43,002 bases of DNA from an uncultured Eubacteriales bacterium (GTDB lineage Bacteria > Acidobacteriota > Aminicenantia > Aminicenantales > Saccharicenantaceae). The stretch covers positions 1-43,002 of the forward strand of contig CAYOYQ010000002.1 of NCBI GenBank assembly GCA_964408215.1. Reading direction: 5' to 3'. Position 1 is the first letter of the stretch; each line of letters opens with the position of its first letter. The position numbers were made by a program, and so were the translations under genes. This document shows, piece after piece, positions 15,258 through 24,744 of the stretch. The notes under the pieces are model-generated. The model saw nothing but the letters and a program-made list of their open reading frames with translations. It made no database searches and was not told the DNA's origin.

Positions 15258-18200
15258 ATGCGCTGCCCCCGCTGCCAAACCGAGAACCCTAAAGACGCGA
15301 TGTTCTGCGGCCGCTGCGGCGCGCCCCTGCCCGCCGCGGCGGAGCCCGGCCGGTCGTCGACCCAGTTCTTGGCCCCGCCGCCCGTCCGCGAGCTCCTGCC
15401 GGGCGAGACGTTCGCCGGGCGCTACCAGGTCGTCGAGGATCTGGGCAAGGGCGGCATGGGGCGCGTCTACAAGGTCTACGACACCGAGGTCAAGGAGAAG
15501 CTGGCCCTCAAGCTCCTCAACCCCGAGATCGCCGGCGACGAGAGGACGATCGAGCGCTTCCGCGGCGAGCTGCGGCTGGCCCGGACGATCTCCCATCGGA
15601 ACGTCTGCCGCATGCACGACCTCGGCCGCGAGGGCTCGACCTATTTCATCACGATGGAATACGTGTCCGGCGAGGACCTCAAAAGCCTCATCCACCGCAT
15701 CGGCGCCCTGCCGGTCGGCAAGGCCATCAGCCTCGTCCGGCAGATCTGTGACGGCCTCGAGGAGGCGCATCGCGCCGGCGTCGTTCACCGCGACCTGAAG
15801 CCGCAGAACGTCATGATCGACCGGGACGGCAACGCCCGGATCATGGACTTCGGCATCGCCCGGTCCGTCAAAGGCAAGGGCATCACCGGGGCCAACGTCC
15901 TCATCGGCACCCCGGAGTACATGTCGCCCGAGCAGGTGGACGGCAAGGAGGCGGGACCGCGCTCGGACCTCTATTCGCTCGGCATCGTGCTGTTCGAGAT
16001 GCTGACGGGCCGCCTGCCGTTCGAGGGCGAGTCCGTCCTCAGCGTCGCGGTCAAGCAGAAGAGCGAAGCGCCGCCGGACCCGCGGACGCTCAATCCCCAG
16101 GTCCCGGAAGGCCTGGCCCGGATCGTTCTCCAATGTCTCGAGAAATCGCCCGAGAAAAGACCGTCCGGCGCGGCCGAGCTCTCCGCCGGGCTGGCGGGCG
16201 TCGCGTCGGCCCTGCCAACCACGGCCACCCCCTTGCCTCTGCGCAAGTCGACGACCTCGAGATCGATCACGGTCCGGCTGCCGTCGAGGAAGGTCTGGAT
16301 CCCGGCCGCTCTCGGCCTCACGGCCCTGGTCGCCCTGTCGCTCTGGCTGTTCCTGCCCCGCGCCGCCTCGGCCAAGCGCACGATCGCGGTCATGGCCTTC
16401 AGGAACCAGACCGGCGACTCGGCCTTCGACTACCTCCAGGAGACGATCCCCAACCTGCTCATCACCAGCCTCGAGCAGTCGGGCCGCTTTCGGGTCACGA
16501 CGTGGCAGGAGCTGAAGGACCTGCTGCGCCAGGCCGGCAAGGACGCGGCGGCGACGCTCGACGACGAGGCCGGTTTCGAGGTCTGTCGCCGGGCCGGCAT
16601 CGAGACGCTGGCCGTCGGCTTCTACACCAAGGCCGGCGAGACGTTCGTCACCGACGTCAAGGTCCTCGAGGCCGCGACCAAACGCCCGCTCAAGACGACC
16701 CAGGCCCGCGGCGAGGGGCCGGCCAGCATCCTCAAGACCCAGATCGACGATCTCAGCCGGGCCATCCGCCGCGGCCGGGGCCTCGAGGCCCTGAAGATCG
16801 AGAAGGCCCCGCCGAAGATCGTGGACGTCACAACGTCATCCCTCGAGGCCTATCGCGCGTACCTTCGCGGCCGCGACGAGATCGAGCGGTTCTTCGGCGC
16901 CGAGGCCAAGCGCTCCCTCGAAAAGGCGGTCACCCTCGACCCGGAATTCGCCGTCGCTTACCTCTATCTGGCCAAGGCCCACATCGAGCTTGGCGATAGG
17001 AAAGCCCAGGACGAGGCCCTCGAAAAAGCCCTCCGGTTCGCCTCCCGGGCCAGCGAAAAGGAGCGCCTCTACATCGAAGCGGCCTATGCCGGGGCCGTCA
17101 AGCGCGACGGTCAGGAACGGCGCCGTATTCTCGAAGAGCTGGTGGCCAAGTATCCCGGCGAGAAGGACGCCTATCACGAGCTCGGCCGGTCCTATGGCAG
17201 CGCCAAGCTCTATCCCCAGGCCCTGGCGAACTTCGAAAAGGCTCTGGCCCTGGACCCCGAATTCGGGATGGCGCTCAACGAAGCGGCCTACGCCTGCCTC
17301 AAGATGGGCCAGCCGGCCGAAGCCATCCCCTATCTCGAGCGCTACGCGGCGGCGAACCCGGGGGACCCCAATCCCCAGGACTCGATCGGCGAGATGCTCA
17401 TGCGGACGGGCCGGCTCGACGACGCCGCGGCCAAATACAAAGAGGTCCTGGCCGCCCATCCCGACTTCTATCAGTCCTGGGGCAGCCTGGCCTATGTCCA
17501 CGCTCTTCAGGAGAATTACCCGGAAGCCCTGCGCTGCCTCGACGAGCTGGTCGCGAAGGCCCCGACCGCGTCGGCCAAGTGGCTGGCGGTCTGGTACAGG
17601 GCCTATGTCCGCAATTTCCTGGGCCAGTGGGACCGAGCCGCGGCGGAGATCAAGGGCCTGAGGGCCCAATCCGAGCGGAACGGCGACGTCTTCGGCCTCA
17701 TGGTCACGAACTGGATGCTCTCCTTCGTCCACATCGACCGGGGCGAGTTCGACGAAGCCGAACGGTCCTCCTCCGAGTTCGTCGCGCTCAACACCAAGCG
17801 CAACCCCACCCGCGGGGCCGTGAACGGGACGATGAGGGCCGTGTTGAGCGCCCGGCTCGATATCGCGCGAGGGCGGCCGGAAGCGGCCCTGGCCACCCTG
17901 GCGGAGGCGGAACCGCTGGCCGCCGGCCTGGACCCGGTCGCGAACGACGACATGTTCTTTCAAAGGGCCCTGGCGACGTCGGAGGCGTCGTTGGCAGCCG
18001 ACCGCGTCGACGACGCGCTCGCCGCGGCGGAGGGCCTCGCTCTCCGGCAGTTCATCACGGCGCGCATCCCCGACATCTCCGCCTACAACCAGCCCTTCCT
18101 CAAAGACGTCCTGGCCCGGGCCTACTGGAAGAAGGGCGACCTGGACAAGGCCGCGGCAGAATACCGCAAGCTGCTGACGGTCGACCCGGCCAACCAGGTT

Positions 18201-18371
18201 CGCTACTTGATGTCCCCCCTCTACCATTACCGCCTGGGCCGCATTCTCGAGGAGAAGGGCGACCGCGCCGGGGCCCGCGCCGAATACGCTAAGTTCCTGG
18301 AAGGCTGGAAAAGCGCCGACCCAAGCCACCCCGAGCTCGCCGACGCCCGCCGGCGCCTGGTTGCACGCTGA
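15258..18371 (+). CDS. Zinc-ribbon / Hanks Ser/Thr kinase / TM / TolB-N-like / long TPR protein (paralog of 11864..14332)
   Basis: The zinc ribbon is CPRCQTEN...FCGRCGAPL. Kinase motifs are GKGGMGRVY, LALKLL, HRDLKPQN, DFGIA and PEYMSPEQ. A TM helix follows, then IAVMAFRNQTGD... and many TPR-like repeats. Confidence 0.85.
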   Translation: MRCPRCQTENPKDAMFCGRCGAPLPAAAEPGRSSTQFLAPPPVRELLPGETFAGRYQVVEDLGKGGMGRVYKVYDTEVKEKLALKLLNPEIAGDERTIERFRGELRLARTISHRNVCRMHDLGREGSTYFITMEYVSGEDLKSLIHRIGALPVGKAISLVRQICDGLEEAHRAGVVHRDLKPQNVMIDRDGNARIMDFGIARSVKGKGITGANVLIGTPEYMSPEQVDGKEAGPRSDLYSLGIVLFEMLTGRLPFEGESVLSVAVKQKSEAPPDPRTLNPQVPEGLARIVLQCLEKSPEKRPSGAAELSAGLAGVASALPTTATPLPLRKSTTSRSITVRLPSRKVWIPAALGLTALVALSLWLFLPRAASAKRTIAVMAFRNQTGDSAFDYLQETIPNLLITSLEQSGRFRVTTWQELKDLLRQAGKDAAATLDDEAGFEVCRRAGIETLAVGFYTKAGETFVTDVKVLEAATKRPLKTTQARGEGPASILKTQIDDLSRAIRRGRGLEALKIEKAPPKIVDVTTSSLEAYRAYLRGRDEIERFFGAEAKRSLEKAVTLDPEFAVAYLYLAKAHIELGDRKAQDEALEKALRFASRASEKERLYIEAAYAGAVKRDGQERRRILEELVAKYPGEKDAYHELGRSYGSAKLYPQALANFEKALALDPEFGMALNEAAYACLKMGQPAEAIPYLERYAAANPGDPNPQDSIGEMLMRTGRLDDAAAKYKEVLAAHPDFYQSWGSLAYVHALQENYPEALRCLDELVAKAPTASAKWLAVWYRAYVRNFLGQWDRAAAEIKGLRAQSERNGDVFGLMVTNWMLSFVHIDRGEFDEAERSSSEFVALNTKRNPTRGAVNGTMRAVLSARLDIARGRPEAALATLAEAEPLAAGLDPVANDDMFFQRALATSEASLAADRVDDALAAAEGLALRQFITARIPDISAYNQPFLKDVLARAYWKKGDLDKAAAEYRKLLTVDPANQVRYLMSPLYHYRLGRILEEKGDRAGARAEYAKFLEGWKSADPSHPELADARRRLVAR

Positions 18372-18441
18372 ATCAGTAACAGTGGCCAAAGACGGGAATC
18401 TGGTGTATTGAGTTGTGTGTCGCCGGAATAGGAGGGTCACC

Positions 18442-18972
18442 GTGAAAAGCATCCTGTCCGTTCTCGCTCTCGCCGTTCTCGTCGTGCCCCTGGCCGCCCA
18501 GGACATCGCGGTCACGGTCAAGGACGTCGAGCCCTTCCCTTACTGCGCCATCGCCCATCGCGGCCCCTACACGGACATGGGCACGGTCATCGGCGAGCTG
18601 GTCGGGGCCATGCAGGCCCAGGGCCTCTTCCCGCTCGTCCGGGGGCCGGTGGTCGGCGTTTACTTCAATTCGCCCGCCGACACCAAGCCCGCGGACCTCG
18701 CCTGGGAGGCCGGGTTCATCGTCGCGGCCGAGGCGACGGCCCAGCCGCCCCTGGTCAAGAAGTCCTGGGAGTACCGGACCGTGGCCGCGGCCCTTCATGT
18801 CGGTCCCTACGACCAGGCCGGAATCGTCATCGGGAAGATGATGGGCTGGCTCGCCGCCAACGGCTACGAGGCGGCCGGCCCCATCCTCGAGCGCTACCTC
18901 GACCAGAACCCCGCCGCGATCAAACCCGAAGCCCTGCGGACCGAGATCTGGATCCCGGTCGCCAAACGTTAG
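18442..18972 (+). CDS. Exported GyrI-like (AraC effector-binding / SOUL-like) small-molecule-binding domain protein
   Basis: The GTG start is preceded by GGAGGG. The signal peptide is VKSILSVLALAVLVVPLAAQ. The GyrI-like pattern is ...YCAIAHRGPY...AAALHVGPYDQ...EIWIPV. Confidence 0.65.
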   Translation: MKSILSVLALAVLVVPLAAQDIAVTVKDVEPFPYCAIAHRGPYTDMGTVIGELVGAMQAQGLFPLVRGPVVGVYFNSPADTKPADLAWEAGFIVAAEATAQPPLVKKSWEYRTVAAALHVGPYDQAGIVIGKMMGWLAANGYEAAGPILERYLDQNPAAIKPEALRTEIWIPVAKR

Positions 18973-19652
18973 CGCTGGAACTTATAGCCGAGCCACGGCA
19001 CGGTGATCAGGTGCCGGGGCGAGGCCGGGTCGTCCTCGATCTTCCGCCGCAGGTTGTACATGAAGGTGTCGATCGTCCGCGTCGTCGGGAACTTCTCGTA
19101 GTCCCAGACCTTGTTGAGGATGGTCTCCCGCGAGACGACCTGGCCCTCGCAGGACGCCAGGAGCCGGAGCAGGCTGAACTCGCGGGCCGTCAGGTGGAGC
19201 GCGCGGCCGCCCTTGGTCGCGGCCTTCGACCGGAAGTCGATGGCCACGTCGCCGAAGGCGCAATCGTCGATCTCGACGATCTCCGGCCGCGACCGCCGCA
19301 GCACGGCGTGGACCCGGGCGATGAACTCCTCCACGCCGAACGGCTTGGTCAGGTAATCGTCGCCGCCGAGTTCGAGGCCCAGGACCTTGTCGACCTCCTT
19401 CTTCTTCTTGCCGGAGGTGACGATCAGCGGGATCTGCCGGCCGGCCTCCCGGAGCTTGCGGACGACGTCGAACCCGGTGAGCGAGGGCATGACGACGTCG
19501 ATGATCACGAGGTCGTAGGTCCCCTTGAGGGCCTTGTCCAGGCCCTCGCGGCCGTCCCGGGCCTCGGCCACCCCGTAGCCTTCGGCGGTCAGGGCCATGG
19601 CCAGCGTCTGCCGCAGGACCCGGTCGTCGTCGACGAGCAGGATCTTCTTCAT
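18969..19652 (-). CDS. OmpR-family response regulator (receiver plus winged-helix), orphan
   Basis: The receiver region is MKKILLVDDD...DLVIIDVVMP...K. The C-terminal region is LTAREFSLLRLL...TIDTFMYNLRRKIE...GYKF. The start is set at the internal ATG 19652. No histidine kinase is adjacent. Confidence 0.85.
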   Translation of the reverse strand: MKKILLVDDDRVLRQTLAMALTAEGYGVAEARDGREGLDKALKGTYDLVIIDVVMPSLTGFDVVRKLREAGRQIPLIVTSGKKKKEVDKVLGLELGGDDYLTKPFGVEEFIARVHAVLRRSRPEIVEIDDCAFGDVAIDFRSKAATKGGRALHLTAREFSLLRLLASCEGQVVSRETILNKVWDYEKFPTTRTIDTFMYNLRRKIEDDPASPRHLITVPWLGYKFQR

Positions 19653-19867
19653 GACGATCGCCTCCCCGGGAACTTGAGCGTGAGCGTCGTCCCCCGCCCC
19701 GGCGAGGAGAGAGAGAGCAAAGCCCGCTTTCGTTCGTCCCACCGGTTCCGCCTGGCCCGATTATAGACGGGTTTTCGCGCGGAAGACAATCTTCTCCGTT
19801 GCCCCCCTTGAACGCCGGGCCGCCGGCGTGTTACCTTAGCCTCTCCCCGAGGTCAAAAGGAGGCGAC

Positions 19868-20899
19868 ATGTCCGATCACGCCGATCCCTCGCCCATCATC
19901 ACCATCGAACGGCACATCCTTGACGAACAGGCTTTCCACCCCGAGGCCACGGGCGTCCTGACCAATATCCTCTACGACCTGGCCCTGGCCGGCAAGGTCA
20001 TCGCCAGCAAGACGACCCGGGCCGGCCTGGCCGAGATCCTCGGCCGCACGGGGGACATCAATGTCCAGGGCGAGACGGTCATGAAGCTCGACCGCTTCGC
20101 CGACCTGACCGTGACCCGCCTGACCGACCACACCGGCCGTCTGGCCGGCCTGGCCTCCGAGGAGAACGCGGAGTTCCTGCCCATCCCCGAGCAGTACGCC
20201 ATGGGCAAGTACCTGCTCGTCTTCGACCCGCTCGACGGCTCGTCGAACGTCGATTTCAACATGCCCGTCGGGACGATCTTCGGCATCTACCGGCGCCTCC
20301 GGGATTCCGGCCCGGTCTCCGAGAGCGAGTTCTTCCAGCCCGGCCGGAACCTCGTCGCCGCGGGCTACATCGCCTACGGCACGAGCACCATGTTCGTCTA
20401 CACGGCCGGCCACGGGGTCCACGGCTTCACCCTCGACCCGTCGGTCGGCGAGTTCCTGCTCTCCCACCCGAACATCAGGATCCCCCGGCCCAAGTATTTC
20501 AGCGTCAACCTCGGCTACCAGATGTACTGGAGCCTGGGCGTCCAGCGCTACACGGAGTACCTGCAGGGCCGCGAGGGCGGGGTGAAGGGGCTATCGCTGC
20601 GCTACATCGGGACGCTCGTCTCCGACTTCCACCGCAACCTGCTCGCCGGCGGCGTCTTCTACTACCCGGCCGACTCGAAGGACCCCAAGGCCCCCTCGGG
20701 CAAGCTGCGGCTCCTCTACGAGGCCGCCCCGCTCGCCTTCGTCGCCGAACAGGCCGGTGGCTACGCCTCCGACGGCCGCGGGCCGATCCTCGACATCACG
20801 CCGGCGTCCCTCCACCAGCGGACGCCGCTCTTCATCGGGGACAGGGGGCTCGCGGCCAAGGTCGAGGACTTCATCCGCGGCCTGGACGGCGTGGACTAG
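19868..20899 (+). CDS. fbp: Fructose-1,6-bisphosphatase class 1
   Basis: Motifs are [21 protein letters not shown] and [11 protein letters not shown]. Confidence 0.9.
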   Translation: MSDHADPSPIITIERHILDEQAFHPEATGVLTNILYDLALAGKVIASKTTRAGLAEILGRTGDINVQGETVMKLDRFADLTVTRLTDHTGRLAGLASEENAEFLPIPEQYAMGKYLLVFDPLDGSSNVDFNMPVGTIFGIYRRLRDSGPVSESEFFQPGRNLVAAGYIAYGTSTMFVYTAGHGVHGFTLDPSVGEFLLSHPNIRIPRPKYFSVNLGYQMYWSLGVQRYTEYLQGREGGVKGLSLRYIGTLVSDFHRNLLAGGVFYYPADSKDPKAPSGKLRLLYEAAPLAFVAEQAGGYASDGRGPILDITPASLHQRTPLFIGDRGLAAKVEDFIRGLDGVD

Positions 20900-20902
20900 G
20901 GC

Positions 20903-21910
20903 TCAGGCGGCCAGGATGGCCCGGATCTTCGCGGCGTAGGCCTCGCTCGCCGGGTCGCCGGTCACGATCTCGATGTCCTTGGCCGAGGCCGCCCCCAGCT
21001 CGAGCATCACGGCCCAGGCGATCTGTTCCTGGGCGAAGATCGGCGTCTTCATGATGGCGTCGTTCGAGCCGAGGTCCCTGAGAATGGCCAGCCCGACCGC
21101 GTCGACGGCCACCCGGTCCAGGCCGGCCAGGAAGACGCCGGCGTCCTTGCGCGGACCGGTCATCGGCCCCTGGTCGACGAAAGCGGTGAGCCCGTCGAGG
21201 ACGATGAGGGCCGGCTTGTAGGCGGTGTTGATCTCGGCGATCATCCGCCTCTGGTCCGGCGAGCCGTGGAGCTGGCGCATGTACGCGTGGCCTTTGCGCG
21301 GCACGGTGCCGACCGAGTTCTTGAGGGACATCGAGAAGACGCCGCCGAACTGGTGGGTCTTGAGGCAGCAGGTCGAGACCACGGAGTCGGTCTGGACGAC
21401 GGGCCGGGCCACGAGGAAGCCGTCCTTCCAGTGGGAGGCCGGCGGATTGACCGGGACGTAGCCGGTCTCTCCGAGCTCGTCGAAATTCAGGAGCTTGGCA
21501 TCGAACTGTCCGGCGATCGCCGGGAGGCCCTTTTTCTGGAAGACTTGTTCGGTCGGCTCGGGCCCGCTCCGGTCGCCGATGGCCAGGGTGGTCGCGCCCA
21601 TCTCCCGGATCCGGGTGAGGAGGGCGACGAGCGTGTCGTTGTGGGTCGAGCCGGGGCACTCGTCCGAGGTGTTGAGATTCGGCTTGACCAGGACGCGCTT
21701 GCCCTTGAACGGGTCCATCCCGAAGAGGTCGATGCATTTCTTGACGCCGTCGGCCCGCGAATCCGTCCTAACCAGGACGACGCGCGACTTGACCGAGGCC
21801 TGGGCGGCCCGGCGGCGCGCGAAGGCCGGCCCGGCGAGCGCGGCGGCCCCGGTAAGGCCCGCCCCGGCGGCAAAGAACTCCCGTCTCGTCATTCCTTCCG
21901 GCTTCTTCAT
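20903..21910 (-). CDS. DUF362-family protein with a twin-arginine signal
   Basis: MTRREFFAAGAGLTGAAALAGPAFA is a Tat motif. The body resembles DUF362. The RBS GGAGGAGG lies upstream of ATG 21910. Confidence 0.65.
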   Translation of the reverse strand: MKKPEGMTRREFFAAGAGLTGAAALAGPAFARRRAAQASVKSRVVLVRTDSRADGVKKCIDLFGMDPFKGKRVLVKPNLNTSDECPGSTHNDTLVALLTRIREMGATTLAIGDRSGPEPTEQVFQKKGLPAIAGQFDAKLLNFDELGETGYVPVNPPASHWKDGFLVARPVVQTDSVVSTCCLKTHQFGGVFSMSLKNSVGTVPRKGHAYMRQLHGSPDQRRMIAEINTAYKPALIVLDGLTAFVDQGPMTGPRKDAGVFLAGLDRVAVDAVGLAILRDLGSNDAIMKTPIFAQEQIAWAVMLELGAASAKDIEIVTGDPASEAYAAKIRAILAA

Positions 21911-22068
21911 GGCCTCCTCCGTCCTCGGGGCGAACGTTCTTCTCCCTATCAATCTAGCATATCCTCCCCCTCTCGGCTATCGCCGGGCGATCCGCATGAG
22001 AAAACCTCCCGGTCAGGAGCGTCTCTATGGATCGGAGGCGGCCCTTGACAGCACAGGGAGGACATGAT

Positions 22069-22332
22069 ATGGCTAGCCATATGAAAACGACCATACATAT
22101 TCCAAATAGCCTCTTCGAGGAGGCGAAAACGGTCGCCCGCCGGGAGAAAACGACCTTAAGAGCCCTGGTCGAAGAAGGCCTGAGGAAGATCTTGGAGGAG
22201 CGGCGCCGCCGGGGACCGGAAACCTTCAGGCTCAAGCCCGCCTCCTTCAAGGGCCAGGGGCTCCAGCCCCACCTCGCCGGCGTGACCTGGGACCAGATCC
22301 TCGACATCAGCTACGAGGGACGAGGCGGATGA
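22069..22332 (+). CDS. vapB: VapB-type antitoxin
   Basis: MKTTIHIPNSLFEEAKTVARREKTTLRALVEEGL is an RHH-like N-terminus. It overlaps the PIN gene by 4 nt (ATGA). The alternative start is ATG 22081. Confidence 0.7.
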   Translation: MASHMKTTIHIPNSLFEEAKTVARREKTTLRALVEEGLRKILEERRRRGPETFRLKPASFKGQGLQPHLAGVTWDQILDISYEGRGG

Positions 22333-22766
22333 TCGCCGTCGACAGCAACATCCTGGTCTATGCCCACCGCGAGGACTCGCCGTGGCACGCCGCGGCCTTC
22401 GACCGCGTCCGGGCCTTGGCCGAGGGCCGCGCCCCCTGGGCCATCCCCTGGCCGTGCCTCCACGAATTCCTGGCCGTCACGACGCACCCGCGGATCTACT
22501 CGCCGCCGACGCCGCTTGAGCTCGCGCTGGCCCAGGTCGACGCCTGGCTCGAGTCCCCGAGCCTCGTCCTGCTCACCGAGGACCCCGGCCACTGGACCCG
22601 GCTGCGGGCCCTCCTTGCGGCGGGCCAAGCCTCAGGCCCCAAGGTCCACGACGCCCGCATCGCGACGATCTGCCTTCAACACGGCGTCGAGGAGCTCTGG
22701 ACGATCGACCGCGACTTCAGCCGTTTCCCGGCCTTGCGCGTCCGCAACCCATTGAAGGCCGGCTGA
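22329..22766 (+). CDS. vapC: PIN-domain toxin VapC
   Basis: MIAVDSNILVYA... supplies the first acidic residue, and later ...HDARIATICLQHGVEELWTIDRDF... supplies the others. Confidence 0.8.
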   Translation: MIAVDSNILVYAHREDSPWHAAAFDRVRALAEGRAPWAIPWPCLHEFLAVTTHPRIYSPPTPLELALAQVDAWLESPSLVLLTEDPGHWTRLRALLAAGQASGPKVHDARIATICLQHGVEELWTIDRDFSRFPALRVRNPLKAG

Positions 22767-22788
22767 TGCCGCTCGTAGAGACGGGCGG

Positions 22789-23454
22789 TCACTTCGGCCC
22801 ACGGCAATCGCGGACGCAGAGGCCGCAGATGAACTGCGGCGTGTAACCCTTCTTGCGGAAATCCTTGAGGGTCTCGTAGCAGACCCGATGATCGAAATCC
22901 TCGCGCGCGTCCTTGATGGCCCCGGCCGGGCAGGCGGCGGCGCAGGCGCGGCACGCGCCGCAGTCCCGGTCGAGCGGCGTCGCCGCCTCGAGCGGCATGT
23001 CCGTGAGGACCGTGACCAGCCGGAAGCGCGATCCGTGTTCCGGATTGACCAGGAGGTTGTTGCGGCCGAACCAGCCCAGGCCGGCGGCCAGTCCGACGTG
23101 CTTGTGGGAGACATGGGCCCGCTGGCCCTCCCAGTCGATGATCTGCGAGGCGGCGATGGGCAGGGCGCGGAAGCCCTGTTTCTGAAGGGCGTCGGCCACG
23201 AGGAACGCGCCCCGGTCGAGGAAGGCGTTCGTCTGCCGGTAGTGGTGGAAATAGAGCGCGGTCGGGCGGTCGCGGATGTCGTCGAGGACGGCGCCGGAGA
23301 GGGCCTTCCCGAGCGAGACGGCCCGTCCGAAACGCGCCCGCGTTTCCGGCTCGAGAAGGAAACCGTCGCGGAGCGCCGTGACGTCGGCGACGCCGAAGAG
23401 GTCGAAGCCGAGGTCGAGGGCGAAAGCCCTTAGATCGGTCATGGGTAGGGCCAT
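22789..23454 (-). CDS. QueG-like 4Fe-4S protein (short member of the epoxyqueuosine reductase family)
   Basis: Cys clusters are CGACRACAAACP and CGLCVRDC. The region ...HVGLAAGLGWFGRNNLLVNPEHGSRFRL... resembles QueG. The alternative start is 23442. Confidence 0.6.
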   Translation of the reverse strand: MALPMTDLRAFALDLGFDLFGVADVTALRDGFLLEPETRARFGRAVSLGKALSGAVLDDIRDRPTALYFHHYRQTNAFLDRGAFLVADALQKQGFRALPIAASQIIDWEGQRAHVSHKHVGLAAGLGWFGRNNLLVNPEHGSRFRLVTVLTDMPLEAATPLDRDCGACRACAAACPAGAIKDAREDFDHRVCYETLKDFRKKGYTPQFICGLCVRDCRGPK

Positions 23455-23472
23455 TCTATCGCCGCTAAATCG

Positions 23473-23526
23473 GGGACACAATACCTATTCACTCAATTAA
23501 AATAGGGTGAATAGGTCTTGTGTCCC
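23473..23526. repeat. Near-perfect inverted repeat (20-nt arms, 19/20 paired, 14-nt A/T-rich loop)
   Basis: GGGACACAATACCTATTCAC (23473-23492) pairs with GTGAATAGGTCTTGTGTCCC (23507-23526). Related CACC(C)TAT copies are at 23499-23511 and 23531-23540. Confidence 0.7.
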
Positions 23527-23586
23527 TGAATTCACCTATCTTCGCTTTCCGAGGTTGTCTGACCGGGGCCGGATATCCGTTCGTCG

Positions 23587-24699
23587 CTAGTGGCTTTGGT
23601 TGTAGAGGATGATCACTCCGTTGTTGTAATCCGCGATGACGACATCGTCGTAACCATCGTTATTCACGTCGCCGATCGCGAGGCCTTGAGGAGAATAGTG
23701 TGTGGCATACGGAATATCGAAGCGCAGCTCAAAATTGAGGCCGCCGCTCGCGTTCTGCAGGTAGACGCTCAATTCCAGCCAACCGCCGTGCGCGACAATG
23801 ATGTCTTCTCGGCCATCCCTATCCATGTCCGCGATCTCTATGGGCTCGGGACAATCGTAGGCATAATAATTGATCGCCGGATCGAACGTCCCCGAGACGT
23901 TCTGGAGGAAGACCCCGATCTGGCCGGAGTTGCCTCCATAGGTGACGGCAAGATCGTTGCGCGTATCGCTATTGAGATCGCCGATAGCCACGCCGCACGT
24001 GAGCTGATTCCCTCCCAAGTCGTAGTAGGCCGCATCGCTGTTCGAATAGGTGTGATCGCTTCTCTGCGGCAGGATCCCGATATTGTCGTCAAAGAGCTGG
24101 CCGCTCATGACGACGATATCGTTGAGCTTGTCATGATTCATGTCCCCTATGTCGACTTCGTCGTAGCCGCCGTGAATGACGCTGAATTCTCCGTACAGCT
24201 CCAGATCGCCGGCTCCGTTCTGCAAGATGATATCGAGAGTGTCGTAATGATAACCCCAGCTCAAACCCACGATGTCGTCGAGGCCGTCGTTATTCAGATC
24301 CCCCACCTTGATGCTGTGTGCGTTCACGGTGGTGATCTCCCGCATGGGATCGAGCAAGCCTAACGCGTTCTGATAATAGATCCCGATGTAGCTCCCCGTC
24401 TCGGGATAGATGCTGTCGTAATCCCCGATGATGACGTCGAGAAGGTGGTCGTTGTTGACATCGCCGATATCCACGGATTGAGGTTCGGTATTGGACCGTT
24501 TCGGGTGGGTATAGGGAACCGGGGAATCGTAGCCGCCCGTGCTCTTTTGGGTGAAGACCAGCAGAAAATCCTCATTGGTGGCGACGATATCATTGAGCCC
24601 GTCATTATTGACATCGCCTATGGCCACCGCCGCGGGACTGGTGGTTTCCCCGATGGCGACATATGTCGACAGCAGGGGTATTGTGTATGTCACGAACAA
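23587..24699 (-). CDS. FG-GAP/VCBS repeat protein, seven repeats; the C-terminal segment of a gene interrupted by an in-frame TAG
   Basis: There are seven repeats of the IGDVNNDGLNDIV type. The nominal TTG start has no signal peptide, and the frame stays open upstream to the TAG at 24745-24747. Confidence 0.75.
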   Translation of the reverse strand: MFVTYTIPLLSTYVAIGETTSPAAVAIGDVNNDGLNDIVATNEDFLLVFTQKSTGGYDSPVPYTHPKRSNTEPQSVDIGDVNNDHLLDVIIGDYDSIYPETGSYIGIYYQNALGLLDPMREITTVNAHSIKVGDLNNDGLDDIVGLSWGYHYDTLDIILQNGAGDLELYGEFSVIHGGYDEVDIGDMNHDKLNDIVVMSGQLFDDNIGILPQRSDHTYSNSDAAYYDLGGNQLTCGVAIGDLNSDTRNDLAVTYGGNSGQIGVFLQNVSGTFDPAINYYAYDCPEPIEIADMDRDGREDIIVAHGGWLELSVYLQNASGGLNFELRFDIPYATHYSPQGLAIGDVNNDGYDDVVIADYNNGVIILYNQSH

Positions 24700-24744
24700 G
24701 CTTTTGCTGTCACTGATGTTATCCGCCGCATCTTTGGCCCAGGC

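Noticed and set aside
22045-22073. TTGACA-17-TATGGC as a firm promoter for vapBC.
   Set aside because: The putative -10 overlaps the SD-supported ATG at 22069 and matches the TATAAT consensus at only three of six positions (T1, A2, T3). It is mentioned as an alternative (leaderless start at 22081) but not annotated as a feature.
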